Assembly: GCA_040143965.1 (NCBI GenBank)
Contig: JASJQH010006911.1
Coordinates: 1 to 41,892 of the forward strand
Length of the DNA: 41,892 nucleotides
Reading direction: 5' to 3'
Source of the DNA: Basidiobolus ranarum
Lineage: Eukaryota
The position numbers were made by a program, and so were the translations under genes. Below the pieces are notes generated by a model. That model was not told the origin of the DNA. It made no database searches and saw only the letters and a list, made by a program, of their open reading frames with translations. Below, one piece after another: positions 1-19,747 of the stretch (position 1 is the first letter of the stretch; each line of letters begins with the position of its first letter).

Positions 1-1
1 T

Positions 2-217
2 GCCTACCACAAATACAGAGTTAAGCGTAACTGCTGGCCTAAGACTCGTGGTGTTGCTATGAACCCCGTCGACCATCCCCACGGTGGTGGTAATCATCAA
101 CACATTGGTCATGCTTCTACCGTTGCTCGCGACTCCTCTGCTGGTCAAAAGGTCGGTCTTATCGCTGCCCGTCGTACCGGTTTGCTCCGTGGTACCAAAA
201 AGATTGCCGACAAATAA
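2..217 (+). CDS. RPL2: 60S ribosomal protein L2 (uL2/L8), 3' partial
   Basis: Frame from base 2 reads [71 protein letters not shown], the uL2 C-terminal signature. TAA at 215-217; strong codon bias. Confidence 0.98.
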   Translation, partial: AYHKYRVKRNCWPKTRGVAMNPVDHPHGGGNHQHIGHASTVARDSSAGQKVGLIAARRTGLLRGTKKIADK

Positions 218-895
218 ATACAATATCAAAGATCACTATTATTCTTCTACTGAACATTGGTCTCTTTGTGTGGTGTTACGTATGTCTGATGCCGTTATTC
301 TGTCTTTTATTTTTTGGTACAAGTGTTGTTATCATGTCATGTTCGATTTAATTAAAAGATCTATATTCTCAAATTATAAGAAGCCAATACAGAGAACAGC
401 ATATAATCAATGCATATTTAGCCTGATATGAAGAATGTTTGCCTTTTAATGGTTTACAAAATCAATTCTTTTGACATTACCTTGTTATCTTGAATTCTTG
501 GCGTGGGCAGTTTAACGGGTTAAATCGCACCAGGTTTTCACAATTTGAATGCTCATTGAGATCTATTTTGAACGCTGTATATTGATTCCTTCAGTGTTCA
601 CTCAAAGTAGTAGAAATGTGTTAATGAGCTCTTAATCTCATCATTACTAGCGATATTTAAGATGTGATGAATATTACTAGACTAGAGAGAATGAACCATA
701 GTTCATATATTTAGGTATCAAGATCAAGTTTGAAGGGTGACCTAATATAACATTGTATTTGACAACTAAAAAACGTCACAAATGAGATCTAACATAAGCC
801 AGATTAACCGAGAATTTCGGGGGTTATATTATGCGAATTAGAACTAATAGAACGAGGTTAACACTGAAGCTCAAACTTAATCAGGTTCATTTATC

Positions 896-8846
<7,951 letters not shown>

Positions 8847-9043
8847 GAATAGGTCTCCTATCCATACTCCTATATACATATGCTGCTTGAAATTCCAAAA
8901 AACTATACATATTTAAGTCGTCTTGTCACTGTCAAAATAAACGATTATTTTGAATAGAATCGACTCTTAGTACTTTTATTCTATATGTGCTTGATGAACG
9001 TGGTCGATTTATGGTACATAGATGCGGTGTAGAAGTTGAAAAG

Positions 9044-11150
9044 TCAAAACTGCATTGTATTCTGTGTGGTAGTTGAGTAAGGAATTTGTTCATTTGATCT
9101 CTGCGTGTCGAAGGATTCAATGTTTGCTGGTATACTTGGGGAGGTAGTAGAACTTCTTTTCAAACTACTGCTGCAGTTCATTATGTCCAGCGATGTTCCT
9201 TCACAAAATTCGCGTGGGCTTGAGGGAAAAGATGCAGTCTGCGTGTCTCCAGAGCAGTCACGCTTTTCCATGATAAGTAATTTATCATTGAACTCTTTGA
9301 CTGGTATTTGATTAGCAGATAAATCCTGCTGTCCCCCTTTGACGGCAACTCTCTTTTTTTTGGCAGACTCTTTTAATTGATCCCAACGATCTCGATACTT
9401 ACTAAGCATCATGTTCTAAATTAAGATTCAATTATAACCCGAGATTTTGTTGAGTGAGTGACAGCATAACTCACCTGTTTCGCATTCTCTACTTTCAAAA
9501 GCCTGACTTTCTCTTCAAGTTCTTGTACATTTTTCTGTAGTGCTATCTCATAGGCACTAGGCCCTATGTTTGTCATCATGGATGAGAGCGCCATAAATAG
9601 TGCATAAACAAATAGTAAAATCAACAAACCATGTTGGTGACTGAACTCTGATCTTGAATGCTTTCGTTTGGACTGGAAGAAACAGGTTGAGAACGTTTGT
9701 TCGGAATAACTTGGAGAGAAGCATATCATACCTGCTTATGGACATCCTGTCGTAACTGTAAGATACTACTCTTCAATAAAGTATTTTCTTCAGTAACCTA
9801 GAATTGGTCAAGTTGTTACTTCCAATGCTACGTTCTAGCTGTTAACTGCAATCTCACTTTTTCTAGAGTGCCCATCTGCCGTGAGAGGATATCGATCGTG
9901 CTCTTTAAGTGTTGGTTTTCTATCATGTATTCCTCAATCGTTTTTATGCTGCTGGTTGCTCTATCAGAAATGAGGTCATTAGTTGATGAACATACTTCGT
10001 ATTCACCTGGTTGAGAAATTACTTGGGTTGATCTGAAGACGGGATGAGGATTGATAAACTTTCGGATAGCATTTCTGGTATCTTGCTGTCGCATTCTGTG
10101 GAACCCTTACTAGAATTTTCTAGCTTTACATGATGTTCAGGAACGATGATGAAAGATCCCAACATCCCTTCAGTATCGTCTTTAAGGTCTATTAATTGAT
10201 TTTCTATTAGAGAAGGGGTTACTATCGTTGCTCATTCTAGGCTTTACCTTCGTCTTTGTTGGTGTGCTGCACTTCAACCTCTCCGATACCAACATTCATC
10301 ATCTCTTCAAAGATTGTAGGACTAGATGGATTTTCTATCAGTATCTCTACCGTCTCCCAAAACCTATCAAACGGGTTGGATGTGCGATCCTATGTTGATT
10401 TGCCATAAGATTCTGGAGTTGTCCAACTATCTCAATGGAAACTTAAGTTTTACCTCGTTATGAATATAGCTGTTTGGATCCTCAGACGTGTGGGATGGAG
10501 AGATAGGAGCAGAGTTCAAATGACCTAAGACGGATACATGAATTAGTAACATGTAATTGAGCTCATGTTACTCTTTTGTTCTGGTCTCACCACTTTTGAA
10601 TTTCACAGTACTTGGTACATATCTAGATGTGACAGCATCTATGGCTGGACTAGTCTTCAAAATGGTATTGTGGTCATTCTCACTCCTCGAATTACGCTTC
10701 TGCGACAAGTTTTTGGTTAATTTACGCTCTATTTCAAACCCGTGCCTTTTATGCGCCGAAGAAAGTAACTGAAGCGTACGAATTACCTGTGCAACAAAAG
10801 ATACACAATAAGTTAAAATAGTTTAGACTTTGGAAAGGAAGTCCTTACTTCGGCATCCGAGGTAAATTCTATAGCCATTTCAAAGTTATCTTATATAGAG
10901 AACGGAGTAAGTTATACTTCAGAGACACAGTCTAACTACTATTTTACCAGCAGCAATTAAATGCTCTTGTGCAGCTTCTTTAAATAACCCTCTGGATTCA
11001 TATTCCTCAGCCACATTTGCATGTTGATGGGCCTACAAAGTTCAACGAGTCTATGTAAACAGGGGTATTTACAGTGAATATTCACAAAAAGTCATACGAC
11101 AACTGGAGTCTTACTTTACTAATTGGACTCTCTTCCATTGTTGAGTTCAT
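9044..11150 (-). CDS. ATG38: Atg38/NRBF2-like subunit of autophagy PI3K complex I (MIT domain, AIM, coiled coils), multi-exon
   Basis: Spliced N-terminus MNSTMEESPISKAHQHANVAEEYESRGLFKEAAQEHLIAADNFEMAIEFTSDAEVIRTLQLLSSAHKRH is MIT-like. Middle NPFDRFWETVE and GSFIIVP. Coiled coils KTIEEYMIENQHLKSTIDILSRQM and ENAKQNMMLSKYRDRWDQLKESAKKKR. One internal junction near 10007-10110 is uncertain. Confidence 0.75.
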
Positions 11151-11261
11151 TGTACTGGTAACAATATCTTCAAAAAAAAAGAAGTTGGTTAACGTTGGTA
11201 GGTGTACTCTCTACAACCTTCATAACTGTGACTGTCTTAACTGTCACCCTTCTGAGTATCA

Positions 11262-11269
11262 CACGTGAC
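11262..11269. promoter_or_regulatory. E-box (GTCACGTG on minus strand) in the divergent ATG38/ArgRS promoter
   Basis: CACGTGAC at 11262-11269, about 110 bp upstream of the ATG38 start codon. Matches the RTCACGTG bHLH (Cbf1-type) consensus; motif match only. Confidence 0.35.
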
Positions 11270-11494
11270 CGAGTCGATTGTCCCCTTATGGAATTTAAGG
11301 GAAAGAGTATTCATGAATGTCCAAAATTTCAAGTTCTTAGTGATGATTGATAGTGATAAATGAAGATTTCGATTAATCATAACAAAAGGATGATCTTTTT
11401 TTTCAATAAATCCAAGATCTTCGAAGTTACTTTCATATAATTTAGAACAGTGATCGTCTCTTTGAATTACTCCTCCTTGGATTTCTCAATCATC

Positions 11495-13258
11495 ATGTTG
11501 GACCTCTTCAAAGAAAAGATCGCTGAGCAAATCTCTGAGTTCTCTGGCGTCGATGCTAAGCTCATTCCGGATATGTTAGATTCACCCAAAGTTGCTGAAC
11601 ATGGTGACTTTGCTATCGCTCTCCCTAAAATGAGACTTAAGGGTAATCCAGTTCAATTCGCCAAAGATTGGAGTGAAAAGGTAATTTTACTACAAAAGGG
11701 ATAATACTACTAAGAACAATTTTTTTCTAAATTCTTCCTTTGAATATTTTAGTTCGTTCTCAACGAATACATCACTAAAGTCACCGCCGCTGGACCTTTC
11801 CTTAACTTCACCATTTCCAAAGAACACCTTCGTGATATGGTTTTAAAGAGAATCTTTGAGGAGAAGGAGAAGTACGGTACCAACAAGTCCGGTGAAGGAA
11901 AGTCAGTTATCGTTGAGTTCAGTAGTCCTAATATCGCCAAGCCTTTCCATGCTGGACATTTGAGAAGTACCATTATTGGTAACTTTATTAGAAATGTTCA
12001 TGATGCCAACGGTTGGAAGACCATTGCTATGAACTATTTGGGTGATTGGGGTAAGCAATATGGTATCCTCGCTATCGGATTCGAAAGATATGGCTCTGAC
12101 GAAGAGTTACATGCTGATGCTATCAAGCATTTGTATGACGTTTACGTCAAGATCAATGCTGACGCTGAAAAAGACGACACTATTCACGACCAAGCTAGAG
12201 CTTATTTCAAGAGAATGGAAGATGGAGATGAAGAGGCTCTTAAGATGTGGAAGAAGTTCCGTGACTTGAGTATCGTCAAGTATAAGGAAACTTATGCTAG
12301 ACTTAACATTTCATTTGATGTTTACTCTGGTGAATCTCAAGTTGACAATGGAATGAGACGCGCCATGGCTCTTTTGGAAGAAAGAAACATCTCCATTGAG
12401 TCCGAAGGTGCTAAGATCATTGACTTGACCAAAGACAAGCTTGGCAAGGTCGTTGTTCAAAAGAATGACGGTACCACTCTTTATATCACCCGTGATATTG
12501 GTGCCGCTATGGAGCGTCATGAACAATACAATTTCGATGCTATGTACTACGTTATTGCCTCACAACAAGATCTCCATGTTGCCCAACTATTCAAGATTTT
12601 GGAGAAACTTGACTTCGACTGGGGTAAGAAATGTACCCACATCAATTATGGTCTTGTTGCTGGTATGAGCACCAGAAAGGGAACTGCTGTCTTCCTTGAT
12701 GATATGTTGAACCAAACCCAAGAATCCATGCACGAGGTTATGCGTAAGAATGAGCACAAGTACTCACAAATCGAAAACCCCGAGGAGGTTGCTGATGTTG
12801 TTGGTATTTCAGCCATTATGATTCAAGATATGGCTGCTCGTCGTATCCGTAACTACGATTTCGATTGGAACAGAATGTTCTCCTTCGAAGGTGATACTGG
12901 ACCATACCTTCAATATGCTCACTCCCGTTTGTGCTCTATTGAACGTAATTCCGATATCAAGGTTAACCCTGATGCCAAGTTCGAATTACTTACTGAGAAG
13001 TCAGCTATGGAATTGATTGAGCTCATTGCCCGTTATCCTGAATTAGTAGCTAGCGTTATGAAGGGCTTCGAACCCTGTAACGTTGTTACTTATGCTCTCA
13101 AACTCAGTCATGCCGTCTCCAATGCCTATGATTCTCTCTGGGTAAAGGGTGAAGAGAACGATGTTGCTGAGGCCCGTCTTGGTTTGTACTATGCTGCTAG
13201 AGTAACTCTTGGTAATGCCATGAGATTACTTGGTTTGAAGCCTTTGGAAAGAATGTAA
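11495..13258 (+). CDS. Arginyl-tRNA synthetase (class I), one intron at 11681-11751
   Basis: VEFSSPNIAKPFHAGHLRSTIIG (HIGH motif), NYLGDWGKQ, GMSTRKG (KMSKS equivalent), GDTGPYLQYAHSRLCSI, C-terminus LLGLKPLERM*. Confidence 0.97.
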
Positions 13259-13544
13259 AAATATACTGTAACTGATTGTTTTCACAGCATAATTTATTCC
13301 CATTTCGATTCAAGCAACAACTGTTGAATAAAATAATCTTGATCATTATATAGAATATACTTGCCTTATATACAATGGGATTATTTCTACGAATGTTGGA
13401 TCAAAAGTCTCATATTATCTACGCTATGTTGTGATATTTGATGGTATTAGTGTACAATCTCAAATCAGGGTTTAATAAAAATTGGTAGTATCTTTTGAAG
13501 CATTATATATGTTCCATGAATAGTAAGTGTGAAATTTAGCTAAA

Positions 13545-14346
13545 ATGTTCTCCATTCAGCTACTAAAGCTGCAGCGTCTCCTACCAACCATAACTATGGT
13601 AGAAACCTTGACAAAACCTGGGACTAGGTATACCATAAACATTTTAGAATCACTTGTCTTTTCCACAAAATATACTAATAGCAAGGCACTTTCTAATGAG
13701 CAGGTCTTTTACTTCTGGTCGCTCTCGAGATATCATTACACCAGAGAAATATCGTACCGTCGCTGCAGTGATACTAAAGAGAAAGTTTGACCTCAATAAA
13801 GAGTTAAAACATGACAGCGAAGATGTTCACTCCGTAACTCGTAAGCCAAACGAGTCTTTGTATCTGTTGGTTAAGAAACCAAGACCTGAAAGAGCTTGGC
13901 AGTTTCCTCAAGGGGGTGTTGAAATTGGCGAAACATTGGTTGAGGTAGATATATAATAGTATTCCTTCAAAGTTATACAAACTAAGTATCTTTGTACACA
14001 GGCTGGTAAACGCGAACTTTCGGAGGAGTGTGGTACTGATTTAAAAGTGGACTTTCAAAAATCCTCACCACTCGGTCATATTCGTTACCAATTTCCAGAC
14101 TATCACATCCAGAAATTCCCAGATGCGTTAGGAGCAGAGGTAACATATCCAAAACCCTAACCAAAGATATTGTCAATTAATGACTTCAATTAGGTTTACT
14201 TTATGGAAGCAAATTTCATTTCTGGTCAGGTAAAGGTAGACCAAGATGAAATTGTCGATCATGCATGGTTGACTAAACAAGAAATGCAGAAATATGTCGA
14301 AGAAGATTACTACGATAACATTAAGAATATGATTTCCAACTCATAG
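13545..14346 (+). CDS. Nudix-fold protein related to mitoribosomal mL46, 4 exons, probable mitochondrial presequence
   Basis: Spliced: MFSIQLLKLQRLLPT...RSFTSGR...YRTVAAVILKR...DVHSVTRKPNESLYLLVKK...WQFPQGGVEIGETLVEAGKRELSEECG...PLGH...GAEVYFMEA...DHAWLTKQEMQKYV. Introns begin at 13628, 13945 and 14140. Confidence 0.8.
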
Positions 14347-14546
14347 AAGGCCGAATTGCCCTCAAGCGGGCCACAGTTCATTGACGCCATCAATTAAGGA
14401 ACACCGTTACTTTTTCTTTGGATTACAATTGATGAGATGAAGTGTATTCAATTGTTTTAGATAAAATCCAGCATAAGCTTACTTTAATCAAAGATGTTGA
14501 GCATTTACAGCAACAGATAACTTTATTTATGCAGATTTGACACTAA

Positions 14547-17530
14547 TTAGCTGGGATTGATTTGACGTTCTACTTGTTGCCAATGCGCTTGGTTGAGAAT
14601 ATTTTGCTTGTTTGTCTTCTGCTCCAAGCCCTGGCGATGATAAAGATCTTGGAGGAAATGTATTAATAAGGGCCTAACTATATTACAATACAACCAGCAT
14701 TCATATACAAACCTCTTAAAAGTCCACCAGCCACTAAACATCCCATATCATTTCGGCTGTTACGAGATAGAAGATAGGCGGTGGTAAGCATCTTTTCGGA
14801 TTGATCATTTTGAGTATGTTGGAAAAGAGTTCCCAGTAGTGATAATGTAATGGACTTCAGCTGAGTATTGTATAGTGTAGAAGTAAGCTTCAATGTCTCC
14901 AATAGATTCTGCCTAAATGTAAATAAATCAAAACACAGAATCGGTTACATAAATAGCAAGCAAGAATAAAGCTTCTGGGAGAGAACATACTTAGCCTTTA
15001 CAATCTCATGAGTAACGAGACCTTCCACAACATGGAAAACCGCCTTGAGACCGTCCAATTTTCCTTCCAAACAATCTGGTCGTATACCATCGAGCATTGT
15101 ATGAACCTGGATAAGTTTAGACGAATGAGTATGCAACGCCTGAATAAAGTAGAGAAGTTGACTAACCATCTCGCGATTGGAAGCTGATAAACCTATGTGT
15201 ATCAGTGCTTGATTCAGGCGCACTAGTGCCACTAATTCTCGATTATCAGTGCACTACATAATAGTTAAATGATCAGATGATGGCATGCGGTATTCATTTT
15301 TGAAGTGACTTACCCCCGCCGCGGCCTCGTAAAATTGCAGCGCTTCCATACTCTGACCTTGAAACTGACAAAGCATTCCCCAGCTTGAGCAAATCAAAGC
15401 AGCGAATTTTTCCCAAAAGCCACATGTATACGACCAAGATACTAACTCTAACAGAGTCTAAACACCAAATAATTCGGTTAGTCATCAGAAAGATCAGCAT
15501 ACGGAATCGTCAAAATGGCAGTAAGTTACTTTCGTCGCCTCTTGAAACTCCGACCTCAGCATTAAAACATCAGACAGATGTAATAGCATGTGTGCCTTGA
15601 CAACAGCGCACCAGTTTTTGTGCTCAATTGCTTCATGAAGACCTGGATTGCCTGAAGACAAGAAAGGATTAATTCTCGATTAGATATGTCCAAAAGATTG
15701 AAGGCCTTCTTTATACCTAAGAAAGTGCTGAATTGGACTAAAAGTACAAAATCAAGGGGGAGAAAGGAGTTCAATCAGTACATGGATTATTCAACATCGA
15801 TGGTTATATTCTACAGACGTTCTACATTCTTTAGTCCTTCGGTCAAAAACGTTTTTGCTTTTAGATTGGTATTATCAGATTTATTGCACATCCCCGAAAT
15901 CAAATATGCTAAGCTATATAGTTGATTTTTGGTGAGCCATCCTGCGGTCATGACGGAGAACGTCTCATAATGGCCCTGAGTATAGTTGTTCACTACGGTG
16001 GAAGAACGAATCGGAATCTAATCTTACACAACAAAAGTCAGAAAGGTCCAGGATTATTGTTTGAAAAACAGCTATTAATTGTGATTGTGACCTTTATGAA
16101 GCCTTGTATGTCTTGAAGCTCTGTCATAGAAGGGGTTTCTAAAAGAGAGTACATCTCCGTAGTATATTGCATGGCTGTCTTGATGTTCCCCGTGTGTGTG
16201 CTGTAAATTATTAATATCATATAATGACATAGCTGAAGATTTCTATTTTGTACAATTGGTCTTCCCTGACCGATCATATTACTCTCGCGTGGCTGAGGGA
16301 ATAGTATTGAAACCTGCGATAGACCTTCGCTCACGATATGGTACTGTTGAAAGGATAGAGCGTATTGACATTTCGTCAATAGAATGCATGCCTACATTGA
16401 ATATAATTATCAGCATGTCTGGACGAATTATTTGACGACTGTGAGATGCTTACCTTCATATCCAGCTCCTGGCGTCTCTCGGCGAATTGCAATGCTTCGC
16501 TGAGTGAACTGAGACAGCGCCCAAAATCATGGTCCATATAATACAATTTGGCACGAAGTAACAGAAAGTGGTAAATCCAAACAGGTAAATTCAATCTGCA
16601 GCGAAAACGTAGGTGTCAACATCTCTTGTAAAAGAAATGAATTTAAATATCGTAAAAACGCTTACTCTCCAGCCTCAACTATCGAATTCTTAAGTACGTT
16701 TTGTGCAATTTTAAAGTTACGAGTTCTTTCCAAAATCTGGCATTGTAAGTCAATCATCTGAAATTTCAATTCAGAATACCCTTCAAGCTATTACAATGGA
16801 TGTTAGTTTACGTTGTTCAAAATTGCATAAAAAAAACACGACTGCACTAACCTTCTGTGCGAGCAAAATCTATGAATTGTTCGAAAATATGATTTAGACA
16901 GGTGTATTCAGGCATGTGAGTAAAAATATGACTACAAACTGCTTTCTGTAAGTGTTCTTCAGCTTCTACAATATTCTCTGTGTACTGGAAGAGTACCTGA
17001 GCCAACCGAAAACGTGTCTTAGTCTCAATCTTTGGCATCACTGTGACTCTAGAAGGTGTAGTAGGAGTTCTTGGAGATTGAAGAATGGAGGAACGCTGAG
17101 GAGTCCCAAAACGCATAGAAGACGGAGAGTTTGCTGACATACCTCCAGAGAAGAAATTTGCGCTTTTTCCCGATTTCAGTACTGCTTCTAAACAATATAC
17201 AGCAGATTTTATATCACGTTGGTGTTCGATCCATTTCTGTTGAGTTGGTTGAGCAACTAGGCCAGACGCTATTTGACACGCATGGGCAAGATAATGCTCA
17301 GTCAAAGTCCAAAGAATTTTGTGCTGAGAAACACCTTGGGAAGGAGTCTGGGGTTCTAATTGAGTTTGTGATGAACGGAATGGAGTATTAAATATGTTTC
17401 CGGGAGATTGAATTGAGTCTTGATAGTATCCACGTCCCGATTGTGGCTCTTGTTGCTGATATCCACCTGTACGGTTTTGTACAGGCGTAGTAGGTTGTTG
17501 TGGTAAACCTTGTCCTGGATATTGATACAT
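14547..17530 (-). CDS. SCC4: Cohesin loader subunit Scc4/MAU2 (TPR-like), multi-exon
   Basis: IKSAVYCLEAVL and IETKTRFRLAQVLFQYTENIVEAEEHLQKA match the cohesin-loading-factor N-terminus. WIYHFLLLRA and WLTKNQLYSLAYLISG follow; helical repeats continue through the spliced exons. Confidence 0.85.
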
Positions 17531-18146
17531 AATCGATAACTTTGAAAATAAAGCAAAGTAGAAATATCGATCAAAGTAAAGGACAGAAAATTCCCTATTA
17601 TTACTAATAAAATTCGGAACTTTAGCGTATTAAGTAAATGTTATAGTTTATGTTCTGAGGTTTCGTTGTATCTTTTCTCTCTTTAACCTCTAGATTTATG
17701 TTGGGCTCTGACGCTTTCACTCGACTCTATTTTAGAAACCTAGTATCCAGTGTTGTGTTGTGAACATAATATAACTCTAATTCATAACAATTAAAGATCG
17801 TGTAAAATGGCCCTACCCCTTCACCCCTTATCTTCAAAATACTCATCTACATGATCAAGCTACTGTTGATAAATGCTGATTAACCGAATCACCTCGAATA
17901 TTGCCGCAGCTTTAGTCGATCAATAATCAAAAGAATGACAAATTTATTTGCAAATTTCGAAAGAGTAGAAGGCATCTTATAGCGTTGGCTTTGAAACACA
18001 GTAGCAATCTTAATTATCTAGACGTATCTCAATAATTAAATGCTAATTGACAAAATCGAGAACATAAGAGGACGCATATAAGAGTAATAAATAAGAAACA
18101 GGGTTAAAGCATATATATCTAAACATAGAATATTAACAAGGCCTTG

Positions 18147-18811
18147 CTAGCCTAATCCTCCCCAAACACCACGAATACGTCTAGCTAGCTGAATGTCTCT
18201 TTGCATTAATGTGACACGCTTGGCATGAATAGCACAGAGGTTGCTGAAAATAAATGTTAGTACAAAGATGCTTAATTGGATTTGTGAATGATACGTACGC
18301 GTCTTCAAATAAATGCACGAGGAACGCTTCAGTGGCCTCCTGAAGTGCTAAAATAGCATGACTTTGCCAACGAAGGCCCACTTGGTCCTGGCTAAACTCA
18401 CCCAGCACATATTCGGAAGCTATCTCTCTAACCTAAATTTAATACCCAATTAGCGATGGTTTTCATTCGTGTAAGGTTATGTATATCCAAATTACAAGTC
18501 GGGCAAAGGGGAGTTTTCGAAGTAAAAGGTCGGTAGTTTTCTGGTAATGACGAATTTCACGTAGTGCTACTGTACCAGGGCGATACCTTCTTGTCTTGGT
18601 GGTACCTGGAGTTCTGGTACCTGAATCGTTAAGTTAGGGAGGTTATTTAGCAATAAATAAACAGAGCATGAGTACTTTTAGCTGGAGTGCGTTTGCCAGG
18701 AACAGTTTTGGAAGTTGATCTAGGAGGAGTTCGTTGTAAAGGTTTAGATGGAACTTTTTTTGTTGACTTGGCAGCCAGCATAGGCCGTTGATTGTGTTTG
18801 GTTCTTGCCAT
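18147..18811 (-). CDS. CSE4: Centromeric histone H3 variant CENP-A/CenH3, 4 exons
   Basis: [108 protein letters not shown]. CenH3 diagnostics: long loop 1, H3 Q68->A, F84->W, divergent long tail. Confidence 0.93.
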
Positions 18812-18903
18812 AACACGAAGTCTGCTAAATTTTTGGGTTTATCGATATTATGGTCGGAGTGGAAGGGGCCTTTAAAGACACTACTACTCTTGGAGGAAGT
18901 GTT

Positions 18904-19174
18904 ACGCGTCAAAAAGAGGATATAACAAGAAGCCTGGGGTAGTAGTGCAGTACACCAAGAATAAAATCAAATAAGATCGTGAAATGGCTGTTCTAGAGGT
19001 TCTTTTAAATTAACAATCCAATGCCACTCAATCATGATTGGTTAAGTACAGTAATTAATCACTATTGAAGTGAGTGATAAGACTTGGATTTCCATTCATG
19101 TCTGAAAGGACGCGTTGATTTCAATCAAATCTAAACGTGACCAATGAGTAGCTGACAATGATAGATCGACGCGA
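18904..19174. promoter_or_regulatory. MCB-like cell-cycle elements upstream of CENP-A
   Basis: ACGCGT at 18904-18909 and 19110-19115, ACGCGA at 19169-19174, with CCAAT/ATTGG boxes near 19018, 19037 and 19141. Confidence 0.5.
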
Positions 19175-19747
19175 GATCAATGGTCATTGACAGCACAAGC
19201 TTCGTACTTGATATTAATACACCCAACACAGAAAGTAAAAAACCTATCCAATGACAACTTCTCCACAGGAGTGTGATAAGTAGGCAGTTAAGCTCTACTG
19301 CAAGAGAACCGAAGTTGCGAAGTTATATAGTTATTTTGCGGGATCTAGTGATCTTTGATTGCATATATCACTGCATCATGTCTTCACATTCACCTGTGTT
19401 CAATTGTTTGATTTTTGAGTAACGGAAAGACATATGCTATCGAAAGCCGACAGACTTTTATTTTGTAGTGGGTTCCGAGCATCCTCCTCCACTCAGATAC
19501 TGCCAATACAAAGTTCAAGAAACGAGGATAGATGATTTTCAATTTCAACTGAACAAATTGTCAGTTGTGACGGTCACTGATAGCATCTATTGCCATTTAC
19601 CTGTCCTGACGTAAACATTTTGGCCCGCATATTTACCTAGCTTTATAAATTAAGGTGAATTTTAATCTAGTTTGGCTTGTTATTATAAGTTCAAGAAATA
19701 CAAACACAGCACCAAAGTAATATTGTTCAGCGACCTTCTTGAATAAC

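Noticed and set aside
84-431. 115-aa ORF at the window start
   Set aside because: Out-of-frame overlap with the RPL2 3' end and UTR.
11450-11494. In-frame GTG upstream of ArgRS as a non-AUG start for a mitochondrial isoform
   Set aside because: The extension (IVSLNYSSLDFSII) has no basic residues and does not resemble a presequence.
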